Below, piece after piece: positions 55,437-64,000 of a stretch of DNA of 64,000 nt (position 1 is its first letter; every line of letters starts with the position of its first letter). The translations under genes were made by a program, and so were the position numbers. The stretch comes from Pseudobdellovibrionaceae bacterium. Lineage in GTDB: Bacteria > Bdellovibrionota > Bdellovibrionia > Bdellovibrionales > Bdellovibrionaceae. The stretch is from assembly GCA_039810425.1 (NCBI GenBank), contig JBDHWW010000013.1, positions 11,250 through 75,249 of the forward strand, given 5' to 3'. The notes under the pieces are model-generated. The model saw only the letters and a program-made list of their open reading frames with translations, was not told the origin of the DNA and ran no database searches.

Positions 55437-55841
55437 ATGGCTATGGGTGAATCCATCTTAGTAACAGAACAAGATTTTGAACGATTGGCACTATTAATCC
55501 TGCATTCTCATGGGCCGAATGCTTCGGCCCTCGAGGAAGAGCTCGGTCGCGCAGAGGTGGTGAGTCAGAAAGAAATTCCCAATGACGTGGTCACCATGAA
55601 TTCCATCGTGACTTTTGTGGCCAAGGATACCGGCAAGGAATCAGAAATTAAGCTGGTGTTTCCAAAGGACGCAGATGTGACAAAAGGTCATGTTTCTGTG
55701 TTAGCGCCCGTTGGAATTGCGCTGATTGGACTACGCGTGGGGCAGAGCATTGATTGGCCGATGCCGAACGGTCAATCGCGTCAATTGACGGTTACAGGAA
55801 TTAAGTATCAGCCAGAAGCTTCTGGTGATTGGGAGCTCTAA
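55437..55841 (+). CDS. rnk: Regulator of nucleoside diphosphate kinase (GreA/GreB family)
   Basis: LEEELGRA, DVVTMNS, VSVLAPVGIALIGLRVGQSIDW, YQPEASG. Confidence 0.92.
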   Translation: MAMGESILVTEQDFERLALLILHSHGPNASALEEELGRAEVVSQKEIPNDVVTMNSIVTFVAKDTGKESEIKLVFPKDADVTKGHVSVLAPVGIALIGLRVGQSIDWPMPNGQSRQLTVTGIKYQPEASGDWEL

Positions 55842-56074
55842 AAGCATTCATAAGAATTTCTTATAGATGGATAAAAATCAATCAATTGGCCAGCCGGGCG
55901 AAGATCCTGATATTTATTTTTTCAGGTTCTCCTCTTCGCCCGCACCAGTTCAGGGTGGGCGCCACTAAAATCAAGCGCAGATCGCGCATTCCCACATCCC
56001 ACCATAAAATCCCACCTTCGGAGAACTCCGCGCATTTGGGTCCAATTAAGTGGGTCGGGGCATTTCCAAAAAAA

Positions 56075-57129
56075 CTAGTTCTTCAGTTTCCAGTCTTTTT
56101 CGGTGATGAGTCGGGAACCACGTTTTGAAAACAGATAATTCCAGGCCCATTGGGTCAGAACAGAAACGCGATTCTTGAAATCAATCAAATAGAAAATATG
56201 CACAAAGAGCCACGCCAGCCACGCAATATAACCGGTCATCTTCAAGTGGCCAGACAATGCAATTGCCCGGCGCTTGCCGATGGTTGCCATCTGGCCTTTA
56301 TCAAAATATGCGAACTCTTCGTGGGGGCTGTTTTTAAGGTCTCTGAGAATAGCTTCTGCGACAAAGTGGCCGGCTTGAATGGCTACGGGAGCAAGGCCTG
56401 GCAGCATTTTTCCAGGTGAATATTCGAACGCTGCCATGTCGCCGATGACGAAAACTTCGGGATGCCCCTTTAAAGTAAAGTCTTTGCCGACAAGGACACG
56501 GCCCGCGCGGTCTTTGGATCAATACGACGGAAATCTTTTACCAGAACGGTACGACTGATATCGGCAATAGCACCGGCGAGTTCGACTCCGGTTGGTCCCG
56601 CACCGACGACGACAAATGTTAGCAGGCTTTTGGTGCTTGCGATATCAAGAGCGTTCTCTGCTTGCTCAAAAGCTGCAAGAATACGGCGGCGGATCTCGGT
56701 GGCTTGTTCCAAGGTTTTCAGGCCCGGCGCAAAATCTTCCCAATCATTGCGGCCGAAGTAACTGTGTTGGGCGCCGCAAGCTAAGACAAGATAATCATAG
56801 GCCATCTCGACGGGCTCATCTTTCACCGTGGTGAGGATTGACTTCTTGTTGAGATTTACGCCGGTGATGCGGCCGAGATGGACTTCGATGTTGGAGGTAT
56901 TTGGAAACTGCGCCCGGATCGGGACCGCGATATCCGCGGGATTTAATCCGGCCGTGGCAACTTGATATAAGAGTGGTTGAAACAAGTGATGATTGCGTTG
57001 GTCGACGAGAAGAACGTGAAGTCCCTTTTGATCCGCAAGTTTCTTTGCGGTGTTAAGGCCGGCAAAGCCGCCGCCAACCACGATGGCGATTTTCTTTCCA
57101 TTGAGCTTTTCAGGATGAACAAATTGCAT
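56075..57129 (-). pseudogene. ndh: Type II NADH dehydrogenase with internal deletion and frameshift
   Basis: N-part (GGGFAG, FQPLLYQVAT, GAGPTGVELAG) runs to DPKTAR; C-part resumes in another frame at DRAGRV...FVIGD...DKGQMATIG; the middle segment is absent. Confidence 0.8.
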
Positions 57130-57202
57130 AGGATCCTCCGGGCGAATGCCCACAGAATGATCCTGTTCATCATAGTTTGGCAATCACTTGCGGCGAAGGT
57201 TC

Positions 57203-57236
57203 AAAGAAGAAAGGGGGAAAAGATGTCTTTTCCCCC
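57203..57236 (-). terminator. Rho-independent terminator of aspS2
   Basis: GGGGGAAAAGA-TG-TCTTTTCCCCC stem with TTCTTCTTT tail on the minus strand. Confidence 0.7.
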
Positions 57237-57248
57237 CCGAGTGTGTCT

Positions 57249-58550
57249 TTAAGGCGTCAGTCGATTTCTATCGCGCGGGTAGAGTGTCGCTTCACGCACG
57301 TTTGTAAGTCCTAGAATTTGCGCTGTAAGGCGTTCAGCCCCAATCGCAAAGCCGCCATGCGGTGGCATGCCGAGCTCAAACATACGCAAATGGCTTTCAA
57401 AGGAAGCCACTTCCATTCGGCGCTGCTTGATCGCGGCCTCGAGTTCACTGCGGCGATGTAATCTTTGACCACCAGTAGTAATTTCAAGACCACGGTAGAG
57501 TAAGTCGAAGCTTTGCGCTGCGCCCGCAGCACCACGAGATGCTGTATAGAACGGTCGCGCAGAGAGCGGAAACCCTAGAACAAAGACGGCAGGCACGCCA
57601 AACTCTTTTTCTGCAAGAGTGCACAGCTGTCGTTCGGCCTCACCATCCAAGTCGTCGACAAGGTCTGTTCTGCCAAACGCTTGTTTCAATCTTTCAAGGC
57701 ACTCGCCGAATTCCCATACAGGCGCTTTCTCAAGACTTGTCAGTGGCTTTTGCTGAAAAGTTTCAAGGGTCACGCGATGTTCTGAATTCAATCGCTCAAA
57801 CATAAAGTTGAGTAAACCGCGCTCAAGCTCGATGATCTCTTCGGGGCCTTGAATGAAACCCATCTCGACGTCGAGGGAATAGTACTCCGTTAAGTGCCGG
57901 CTTGTTGCGTGAGGCTCGGCCCTGTAAACGTGGCCGGTTTCAAACACGCGCTCAAATCCAGCGACTCCTTGCTCTTTGTAAAACTGCGGACTCTGTGCGA
58001 GGTACGCGACTTTATCGAAGTACTTCATCTGAAAGAGGTTCGTGCCTCCTTCGGTGCCTCCGGCAACAATTTTTGACGTCACGATCTCGGTGAAATGATT
58101 CTTTCGCAAGTATTCGCGAAAGAGCTCGATCACAGAAGCCTGCAACTTGAATATGCCGCCAGATTTTTCACTACGTAAGACCAGCGGGCGGTTTTCGATT
58201 TGCAGCTCCGAAGAAATCTTCTCGACTTGCGATGAAGAGTTAAACGGCAACTGCACGATCGAGGACTCGCTCAATTTTCGAATGGAAGTCACATGCAGTT
58301 CAAAGCCAGATTGAGAACGTGGTTCTAAATTCACATTACCATGAATTTCAACGCAATCATCCAGTCTGAGATGCAGATCATTATTATCCAAATTCGTCGG
58401 CATCACACACTGCAGGATTCCGGTGCAGTCTTTCACAACAATAAACGTGGTTTGCGCTAATACGCGGAGATAATAAATCCATCCGCAAATAGAAATGGTT
58501 TGTCCCTGTACCGGCGTTACTTCGCCGATAAAACTTCGCCCTTGATGCAC
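57249..58550 (-). CDS. aspS: Non-discriminating (archaeal-type) aspartyl-tRNA synthetase
   Basis: OB-fold N-terminus, TEGGTNLF, LAQSPQFYK, YRAEPHATSRHLTEY, GMPPHGGFAIGAERL, YPRD; no GAD insertion; GTG start after AGGAGGT. Confidence 0.88.
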   Translation of the reverse strand: MHQGRSFIGEVTPVQGQTISICGWIYYLRVLAQTTFIVVKDCTGILQCVMPTNLDNNDLHLRLDDCVEIHGNVNLEPRSQSGFELHVTSIRKLSESSIVQLPFNSSSQVEKISSELQIENRPLVLRSEKSGGIFKLQASVIELFREYLRKNHFTEIVTSKIVAGGTEGGTNLFQMKYFDKVAYLAQSPQFYKEQGVAGFERVFETGHVYRAEPHATSRHLTEYYSLDVEMGFIQGPEEIIELERGLLNFMFERLNSEHRVTLETFQQKPLTSLEKAPVWEFGECLERLKQAFGRTDLVDDLDGEAERQLCTLAEKEFGVPAVFVLGFPLSARPFYTASRGAAGAAQSFDLLYRGLEITTGGQRLHRRSELEAAIKQRRMEVASFESHLRMFELGMPPHGGFAIGAERLTAQILGLTNVREATLYPRDRNRLTP

Positions 58551-58700
58551 TTGGCACCTCCTATGGTGGCTCTTCATTTGTTTGTGTCTGATTACTGGAG
58601 CCCAAGACTCGTGTGGGCGGTGCCATCCAGCTTCCGGGAAATCCGGCGCTCTTTGATTCGTACTGTCGTGTGTATAGAGTTGTCATCCTCATCGACGAGT
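58551..58700 (-). ncRNA. Putative translational T-box riboswitch leader
   Basis: Minus strand CUGGA-UGGCACC-GCCCA...UGGGC-UCCAG (58630-58595) forms an antiterminator-like helix with a 7-nt UGGNACC bulge, directly upstream of an aaRS gene. Confidence 0.7.
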
Positions 58701-58779
58701 TGCAGCCAGAATAATGGAAAGCCTGTTATTTGTCTTATCAATTGTTTTTATGAGGGGGATAAGCAATTATGACTGTCAT

Positions 58780-59661
58780 ATGGAAGACATCATTATTCAC
58801 GGACGTGAAAGAGATTTAGGTGGTTTTTTAGTTCATCGTTCACTGCCAAGCGCTCAGCGACGCTTCTGTGGGCCGTTTGTTTTCTTGGATCACATGGGGC
58901 CGATGGAAGTGACGGAAGAGCGTCAGATGAACGTGCGCCCTCACCCGCACATTGGTCTTGCAACTGTGACATATCTTTTTGATGGTCGTGGTTATCATCG
59001 CGACAGCATCGGTTCAAAACAAATGATCACTCCTGGCGATCTGAATTGGATGACAGCAGGACGTGGAATCGTTCATTCAGAAAGAACTCCAAAAGAAGAT
59101 CAGGTCGCTCATCCGCACAAATGGATGCACGGAGTTCAAATCTGGGTGGGTTTGCCGGTTGAGCATGAAGAATGTGAACCGACGTTTGCACACTGGCCGA
59201 GTGATAAAATGCCACGTGTGAAATTCGGAAAGAATATTAACGCGAAAGTCATGATCGGTGAGCACGGCGAGGCAAAGTCTCCGGTGAAGTGCCTGTCACG
59301 CACGTTATTTATGGATATTCCATGCGAACAAGCAGGCCACGACAAATGGTCTTTCAATGAACAAGAGCTAGGTCTGTTTTTAGTAAATGGCTCTGCAACG
59401 GTCAACGGTCATGAGCTTAAGGGCGATGATTTGATTCTGGTGGCTGATCCGAAAAATATCGATATCAAGTACGCTGAGAACACGCGCATTCTTGCGATCG
59501 GCGGAGAGCCTTTCCCAGAGCCGCGCCACATCTGGTGGAATTTCGTTTCTTCAAGCAAAGAACGTATTCATCAAGCCGCAGCCGCTTGGAAGGAGCAAAC
59601 CTTCGGGCATGTCGAAGGCGAAGTCGACTTTATTCCGCTGCCAAATGATCAACTGCCTTAG
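58780..59661 (+). CDS. Pirin family protein
   Basis: GPFVFLDHMG, RPHPHIG, MTAGRGIVHSE, WWNFVSS. Confidence 0.95.
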   Translation: MEDIIIHGRERDLGGFLVHRSLPSAQRRFCGPFVFLDHMGPMEVTEERQMNVRPHPHIGLATVTYLFDGRGYHRDSIGSKQMITPGDLNWMTAGRGIVHSERTPKEDQVAHPHKWMHGVQIWVGLPVEHEECEPTFAHWPSDKMPRVKFGKNINAKVMIGEHGEAKSPVKCLSRTLFMDIPCEQAGHDKWSFNEQELGLFLVNGSATVNGHELKGDDLILVADPKNIDIKYAENTRILAIGGEPFPEPRHIWWNFVSSSKERIHQAAAAWKEQTFGHVEGEVDFIPLPNDQLP

Positions 59662-59672
59662 GAGTGCGCCCC

Positions 59673-60146
59673 ATGACGACAAAGTTTGCTGACGAAGATA
59701 GAGTTTTAGATCTTTACAAAGAGTTGCTGAATCAGTGGAATGAAAAGCAAGGCCAAGGCATGGCAAATCTTTTTACTGACGACGGCAGTTTGGTGGGTTT
59801 TGACGGTAGTCAGGTGAACACCTTAAAGGAGATCGAAGCGCACCTTACTCCGATCTTCGCGCAGTATCCGACAGCGCGTTTTATTCACATTGTCCGTGAA
59901 GTTCGTCAGCTGGCTGCCGACACGGCGATGGTTCGCGCCAATGTTGGTATGGTTCCTCGCGGTTATTCTGACATCAATCCCGCAGTGAATGCGGTGCAAA
60001 CAATGATTGCGGTGAAAAAAGGTGGGGACTGGAAAGTAGCGATGTTCCAGAATACGCCTGCGGCTTATCACGGGCGCCCGGAAGAAGCCGAGAAGCTGAC
60101 CACCGAGCTGCGTGCCGTTCTTGATAAGCAGATTCATACGAACTAG
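59673..60146 (+). CDS. SgcJ/EcaC-like NTF2/SnoaL-fold protein
   Basis: LFTDDGSLVGFDGS, NAVQT, WKVAMFQNTPA. Confidence 0.8.
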   Translation: MTTKFADEDRVLDLYKELLNQWNEKQGQGMANLFTDDGSLVGFDGSQVNTLKEIEAHLTPIFAQYPTARFIHIVREVRQLAADTAMVRANVGMVPRGYSDINPAVNAVQTMIAVKKGGDWKVAMFQNTPAAYHGRPEEAEKLTTELRAVLDKQIHTN

Positions 60147-60154
60147 GAGACAGT

Positions 60155-60790
60155 ATGAAAGTAGATATTTGGTCCGACATAGCTTGTCCTTTTTGTTACA
60201 TCGGAAAGCGAAACTTCGAAGCGGCGTTGGCTCAGTTCCTTCATAAAGATCAAGTTCAGGTGACGATGCATAGTTTTGAGTTAGATCCGAGCGCACCTAA
60301 GAATCAAAACGTCAGCATGGATCAGATGCTGGCGAAGAAATACAATATGACCGTCGAGAAAGCCCGTACACTGAACGCCTCTGTGACAGAGCGAGCGGCG
60401 CAAGCGGGAATTCACTTTGATCTAGAAGCCGCAGTTTTGACGAACCACTTCGATGGTCATCGACTTTTGCATTTAGCAAAAGACCGCGGTGTTCAGCCGT
60501 TGATGGCCGAGAAGCTCTTTGCCGCGTATTTCTCAGAAGGAAAAGATGTGAGCTCGCACCAAGAGTTGATTCAGCTGGGCTCGGAAGCGGGTTTAAAACC
60601 CGCGGAGATCAAAGATATGCTCGAGTCTGAAATGTACACCGCCGAAGTTCGTGAAGATGAGGCCGTTGCAAGCGAATTGGGAATTTCAGGTGTGCCTGCG
60701 TTCATTCTGACAGAAAAGTATTTAATTTCGGGCGCACAGCCTGTAGAAACATTTGTAGAAGCGCTCAATGCCGCTTGGAGAGAAAAATGA
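60155..60790 (+). CDS. DsbA-family (FrnE-like) oxidoreductase
   Basis: DIWSDIACPFCYIG, FELDP, GISGVPAF, SGAQP. Confidence 0.92.
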   Translation: MKVDIWSDIACPFCYIGKRNFEAALAQFLHKDQVQVTMHSFELDPSAPKNQNVSMDQMLAKKYNMTVEKARTLNASVTERAAQAGIHFDLEAAVLTNHFDGHRLLHLAKDRGVQPLMAEKLFAAYFSEGKDVSSHQELIQLGSEAGLKPAEIKDMLESEMYTAEVREDEAVASELGISGVPAFILTEKYLISGAQPVETFVEALNAAWREK

Positions 60791-61461
60791 GTAAAGATCT
60801 CGTAGTTAAAAGTTCTATTACAGTTGAAAAAGTCGCTCGCTATGTTGTGGAAAAAATCACGACCGAGTCTGAGTTGGAAAACAAACTTCGCAAAGAAACC
60901 AGCAAACTGCAGGCTGGCGGAATGATTAGCAGCAGTGATGTAGGAGCCTTCTTAGGAATTCTTGCGCAGGCGGTGAGTACCAAGAAAGCTTTGGAGATCG
61001 GTACTTTTACTGGCTATACAGCGATGAAAGTCGCAGCGGTTTTGCCTGAAGGCGGAAAGCTCATCTGCTGCGATGTCAGCGAAGAGTGGACCAATATCGG
61101 TAAAAAGTTTTGGGATGAAGCCAAGGTTTCGAGAAAAATTGACTTGCGATTGGCGCCAGCGATTGAGACGTTGAATGGCCTTATTAGCGATGGTCAGGCC
61201 GGGAGCTTTGATTTTGCATTTATCGATGCAGATAAAAAAGGCTACGATGGATATTATGAAGCCTGCTTAAAACTTCTTCGCCCGGGCGGTCTGATTGTTT
61301 TGGATAATATGCTTTGGGATGGCGCTGTGGCGGATCCAAGTGTTCAAGACGATACGACAAAAGCTCTTCGCACGATGAATGAAAAGGTCAGTAAAGATCT
61401 TCGCGTAAATTCTTGTTTGCTCACGGTTGGTGACGGCTTGATGCTTGCCTATAAGAAATAA
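60787..61461 (+). CDS. Class I SAM-dependent O-methyltransferase (CCoAOMT-like)
   Basis: LEIGTFTGY, FDFAFIDADK, LDNMLWDG. Confidence 0.92.
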   Translation: MSKDLVVKSSITVEKVARYVVEKITTESELENKLRKETSKLQAGGMISSSDVGAFLGILAQAVSTKKALEIGTFTGYTAMKVAAVLPEGGKLICCDVSEEWTNIGKKFWDEAKVSRKIDLRLAPAIETLNGLISDGQAGSFDFAFIDADKKGYDGYYEACLKLLRPGGLIVLDNMLWDGAVADPSVQDDTTKALRTMNEKVSKDLRVNSCLLTVGDGLMLAYKK

Positions 61462-61473
61462 TTTTTCCAGCTT

Positions 61474-62085
61474 CTAAATCAAAACCAGGTGGCGCTCGAC
61501 ATCGAGAATCGGAGACTTCAACGGCTCGATTGTTACTTTCAAATCTTTGAACTTCTTGCGTGAAAGAGCGACCTCCTCGTCGATCTTTTCGCGGCGACCT
61601 TTGAGCAAAAAGTACTTGCCACCATTTTTATAGTAGTCGCGGCTGACATCTAAAATCACATCCACGGGTTTAAACGCGCGGGCTGTAACGACATCAATCC
61701 CCGGTAAATTCTTGGGGATTTCTCCGTGGATTTCCAGATTCGGGGTCACAGTTTTACAGCGATTCAAAAATGCCTGCTTCAGCGGGCTTTTCTCGTACAA
61801 ATGATATGGAATTTTTGAAAACTGAATGGCGTAAATGACACCTGGCATGCCGCCGCCGGACCCAAAATCCGCCGCCGCTTTCACACCTTGGGGAAACTGC
61901 TTCAGTGGAAGCAGGCAATCGATGATGTGATTGTCGATAAGCTCTTCGAAAGTCATCTGACGGCTAACGAGATTCAGTTCTTCATTGGCGGCCCATAGAA
62001 GGTCCACGTAGGCCTTGAGCTGAGGTAGGGCCGCTTCACGGAAGCCAAGTTCAATCATCAATGGGATGCGCTTTTCAAAATGCAT
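61474..62085 (-). CDS. rsmG: 16S rRNA m7G527 methyltransferase RsmG/GidB
   Basis: NLVS, HIIDCL, DFGSGGGMPG, VTARAF, LKG. Confidence 0.8.
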   Translation of the reverse strand: MHFEKRIPLMIELGFREAALPQLKAYVDLLWAANEELNLVSRQMTFEELIDNHIIDCLLPLKQFPQGVKAAADFGSGGGMPGVIYAIQFSKIPYHLYEKSPLKQAFLNRCKTVTPNLEIHGEIPKNLPGIDVVTARAFKPVDVILDVSRDYYKNGGKYFLLKGRREKIDEEVALSRKKFKDLKVTIEPLKSPILDVERHLVLI

Positions 62086-62147
62086 AGTTCTAGTTAACTG
62101 ACTTTCACTTAAATGCCAAGGGCTAAGGGGGATTCTCAGAGCTCAAA

Positions 62148-63053
62148 TTACATCTCAAATTCTTCAAAAAGTTTTTTCAGCGGGTTGGTGGCAAAGCCCA
62201 TAAAGGCGCTGAGCTTTGGCGTCACATATTTCTGGGCCGGATAGATAAAGTGAACCGGCGAGGTCGTCGTTTGCCAATCCGGCAAAACGCGCGCAAGTTT
62301 GCCGGCGTGACAGTCAGAGTAAATCAAGTGCGTGGGCACCAATGCGATACCTTCTCCGCGAAGAACCAACATGCGAATCATCCTAAGGTCATTGGCGATA
62401 ATACGGCCGGGGACGGGTACATTAAAACCGCCTTTAGGGCTAACAAGTTTCCACTCATCAATTCCCAGAGGCGCGTAGATGATGCACTGATGATTTCTCA
62501 GATCCCGCGGATGAGATGGCGTTCCTTTGGCTTTCAGATATTTCGGCGAAGCCACGGGCACGAAGTACGCGGAGCCTAGGCGCTTGGCAATAAGGGATGA
62601 GTCCTTGAGCTCGCCGGCGCGGATGGCAAGATCCACACCCTCGGCAAGCAGATCCACGCGGCGATCTGTTAAGATCACTTCAGTACGAACTTTCGGATAC
62701 TTACCCGCAAACTCCGTCAAAATATCCGGCAGAATGGAGCTACCAAGTTCCACAGGTCCAGTGATTCTGAGAAGCCCGTTGGGCTCTCCTTGGACGCTGG
62801 CAAGTTCACTTTCAGCGGAGGTAATTTCTTCCAGGCCTTGCATGCAGCGTTTGAAATAGGCTTTGCCGGGTTCTGTGATATTGAGTTTACGGGTCGTGCG
62901 CTGGATGAGTGTCACTCCAAGGCGTTTTTCTAAAGAGGATACCTTGGCGCTGACTGTGGAATTTGGCATTGCCAATTTTTTAGCAGCCTGGCTAAAGCTG
63001 CCTTCTTGAACAACGTTTATAAACACAAATACTTCGTTTAGGTCGACACTCAT
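62148..63053 (-). CDS. LysR family regulator (CrgA-like)
   Basis: GSFSQAAKKL HTH, LIQRTTRKL, EGVDLAIRAG. Confidence 0.93.
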   Translation of the reverse strand: MSVDLNEVFVFINVVQEGSFSQAAKKLAMPNSTVSAKVSSLEKRLGVTLIQRTTRKLNITEPGKAYFKRCMQGLEEITSAESELASVQGEPNGLLRITGPVELGSSILPDILTEFAGKYPKVRTEVILTDRRVDLLAEGVDLAIRAGELKDSSLIAKRLGSAYFVPVASPKYLKAKGTPSHPRDLRNHQCIIYAPLGIDEWKLVSPKGGFNVPVPGRIIANDLRMIRMLVLRGEGIALVPTHLIYSDCHAGKLARVLPDWQTTTSPVHFIYPAQKYVTPKLSAFMGFATNPLKKLFEEFEM

Positions 63054-63169
63054 AGTGTGCAATAGTTTGAAATACAATTCTATTATTTGCTATTTAATAA
63101 ATTAGAAAAATGCACGATAGAGTGATGATGTAGTGAGTAATACGGAAACTAGTGAGTAATGCCTTTGTA

Positions 63170-63757
63170 CTATTTTGCCAAATACCGACGTCTGATTTTT
63201 GCACCGGTCAAAGTATTGATGCCGTTCAAGGTGACGGACTTCAATTTGCGGAACGGCGGTCCCATCGTCTTTGTAGCCTCAGAGTAGATTGAAGTCAGTT
63301 GCATAGTTGCCTTCTTATCTGAAGGTCCCAGGGTAAAGAGTGAACGGACTATGCACTCTCCTTGTTGTTGGTCGGCAACCACCATCAAACGCGGATCTTG
63401 CAGGTCAGAGTTCACTTCCTTCAAGTCATTAATCAAAATATAAAAGCCGGCGGATTCGCTTGTTGGAATCACTTGCAGACGATTTTTGATGCTGTTCTTG
63501 AGCATGCTATTTGTAGGCTTGTAAGTCAGGCGATCCATCAGCCAGTACATATCAAAAACCGGAACCTGGGCTTCTTCAGCGACATGACAGTTGTTATCGA
63601 GTTTTGTGTAAAGTACGAGAATATTTTGTGGATTTTCATTCTTTTCAAAAGTGAAAAGGGGGTAATGGCCGCCGATATCAGGGACCGTGCTAAGCTGTCG
63701 GGCCAACGCCGTTTGAAAGCCAAGAATGGTTAAAATGAGCAGAATCAGCGATTTCAT
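63170..63757 (-). CDS. Secreted protein, DUF4833-like
   Basis: Signal peptide; LFTFEKNENPQNILVLY and 'VTLNG...TG' patterns. Confidence 0.55.
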   Translation of the reverse strand: MKSLILLILTILGFQTALARQLSTVPDIGGHYPLFTFEKNENPQNILVLYTKLDNNCHVAEEAQVPVFDMYWLMDRLTYKPTNSMLKNSIKNRLQVIPTSESAGFYILINDLKEVNSDLQDPRLMVVADQQQGECIVRSLFTLGPSDKKATMQLTSIYSEATKTMGPPFRKLKSVTLNGINTLTGAKIRRRYLAK

Positions 63758-63780
63758 AGAAAGCTCCTTTCTGTTTTTAA

Positions 63781-63797
63781 AGCAATCGTTATGCCTA
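63781..63797 (-). promoter_or_regulatory. Possible sigma-54 promoter
   Basis: Minus strand TAGGCATAACGATTGCT has GG-N10-GC spacing just upstream of the RBS. Confidence 0.35.
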
Positions 63798-64000
63798 AAA
63801 CCCGCAGGCTATAAGTAAAAGACAAAGTGCTGGGGACGGGGGTGACAATTATGGCTAGTCACGTCTGTACAATCTACCTTCAATCCGAGCGCCTCTGCGA
63901 ATGCTTGGTGATAGTGTGTCGACGTGAAATCAAGGCTTTGGTGGAGAATACAGAGTTTTTTATTGCCGCAAAGTCACTGCAAACAGACATCCTGTCTGTT

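Noticed and set aside
56470..56520. Programmed frameshift in ndh
   Set aside because: A frameshift cannot restore the missing internal segment.
1..64000. CRISPR arrays, rRNA, complete tRNA, IS or integrase genes
   Set aside because: No regularly spaced repeats, cloverleaf structures or transposase/integrase motifs seen by eye.

Overview
Bacterial chromosomal window, probably from a Bdellovibrionota-like Gram-negative organism (inferred from gene content and style, not proven). In order: bamE; a lipid/ester module (acyl-CoA ligase, atypical FabH, FabG/PhaB-like reductase, two alpha/beta hydrolases); an A2-type cytochrome c oxidase operon; homogentisate genes (maiA, fah, and hmgA about 24 kb further on); sodC, osmC and a K+ channel with a stand-alone cNMP-binding protein. 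About 19-35 kb is an anaerobiosis/NO block (AidB-like, 2-oxoacid:ferredoxin oxidoreductase, gcdH, norCBQD, TDC-like decarboxylase, Crp/Fnr regulator, nrdGD) with several FNR/DNR-type boxes. The most novel element is a tightly coupled 14-gene minus-strand biosynthetic and export operon (41958-54302): acyl-CoA ligase, ICMT-type methyltransferase, CerJ-like KAS III, AurF-type diiron oxygenase, two carrier proteins, a SerRS-like amino acid:carrier-protein ligase, a thioester reductase, a ferritin-like diiron protein and a Lol-like exporter, with an Sfp-type PPTase nearby. The right end holds rnk, an NDH-2 gene with an internal deletion, a non-discriminating AspRS preceded by an apparent translational T-box riboswitch, and assorted housekeeping genes. 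No rRNA, complete tRNA, CRISPR array or transposase was seen. All calls come from motif recognition by eye; no searches were run.
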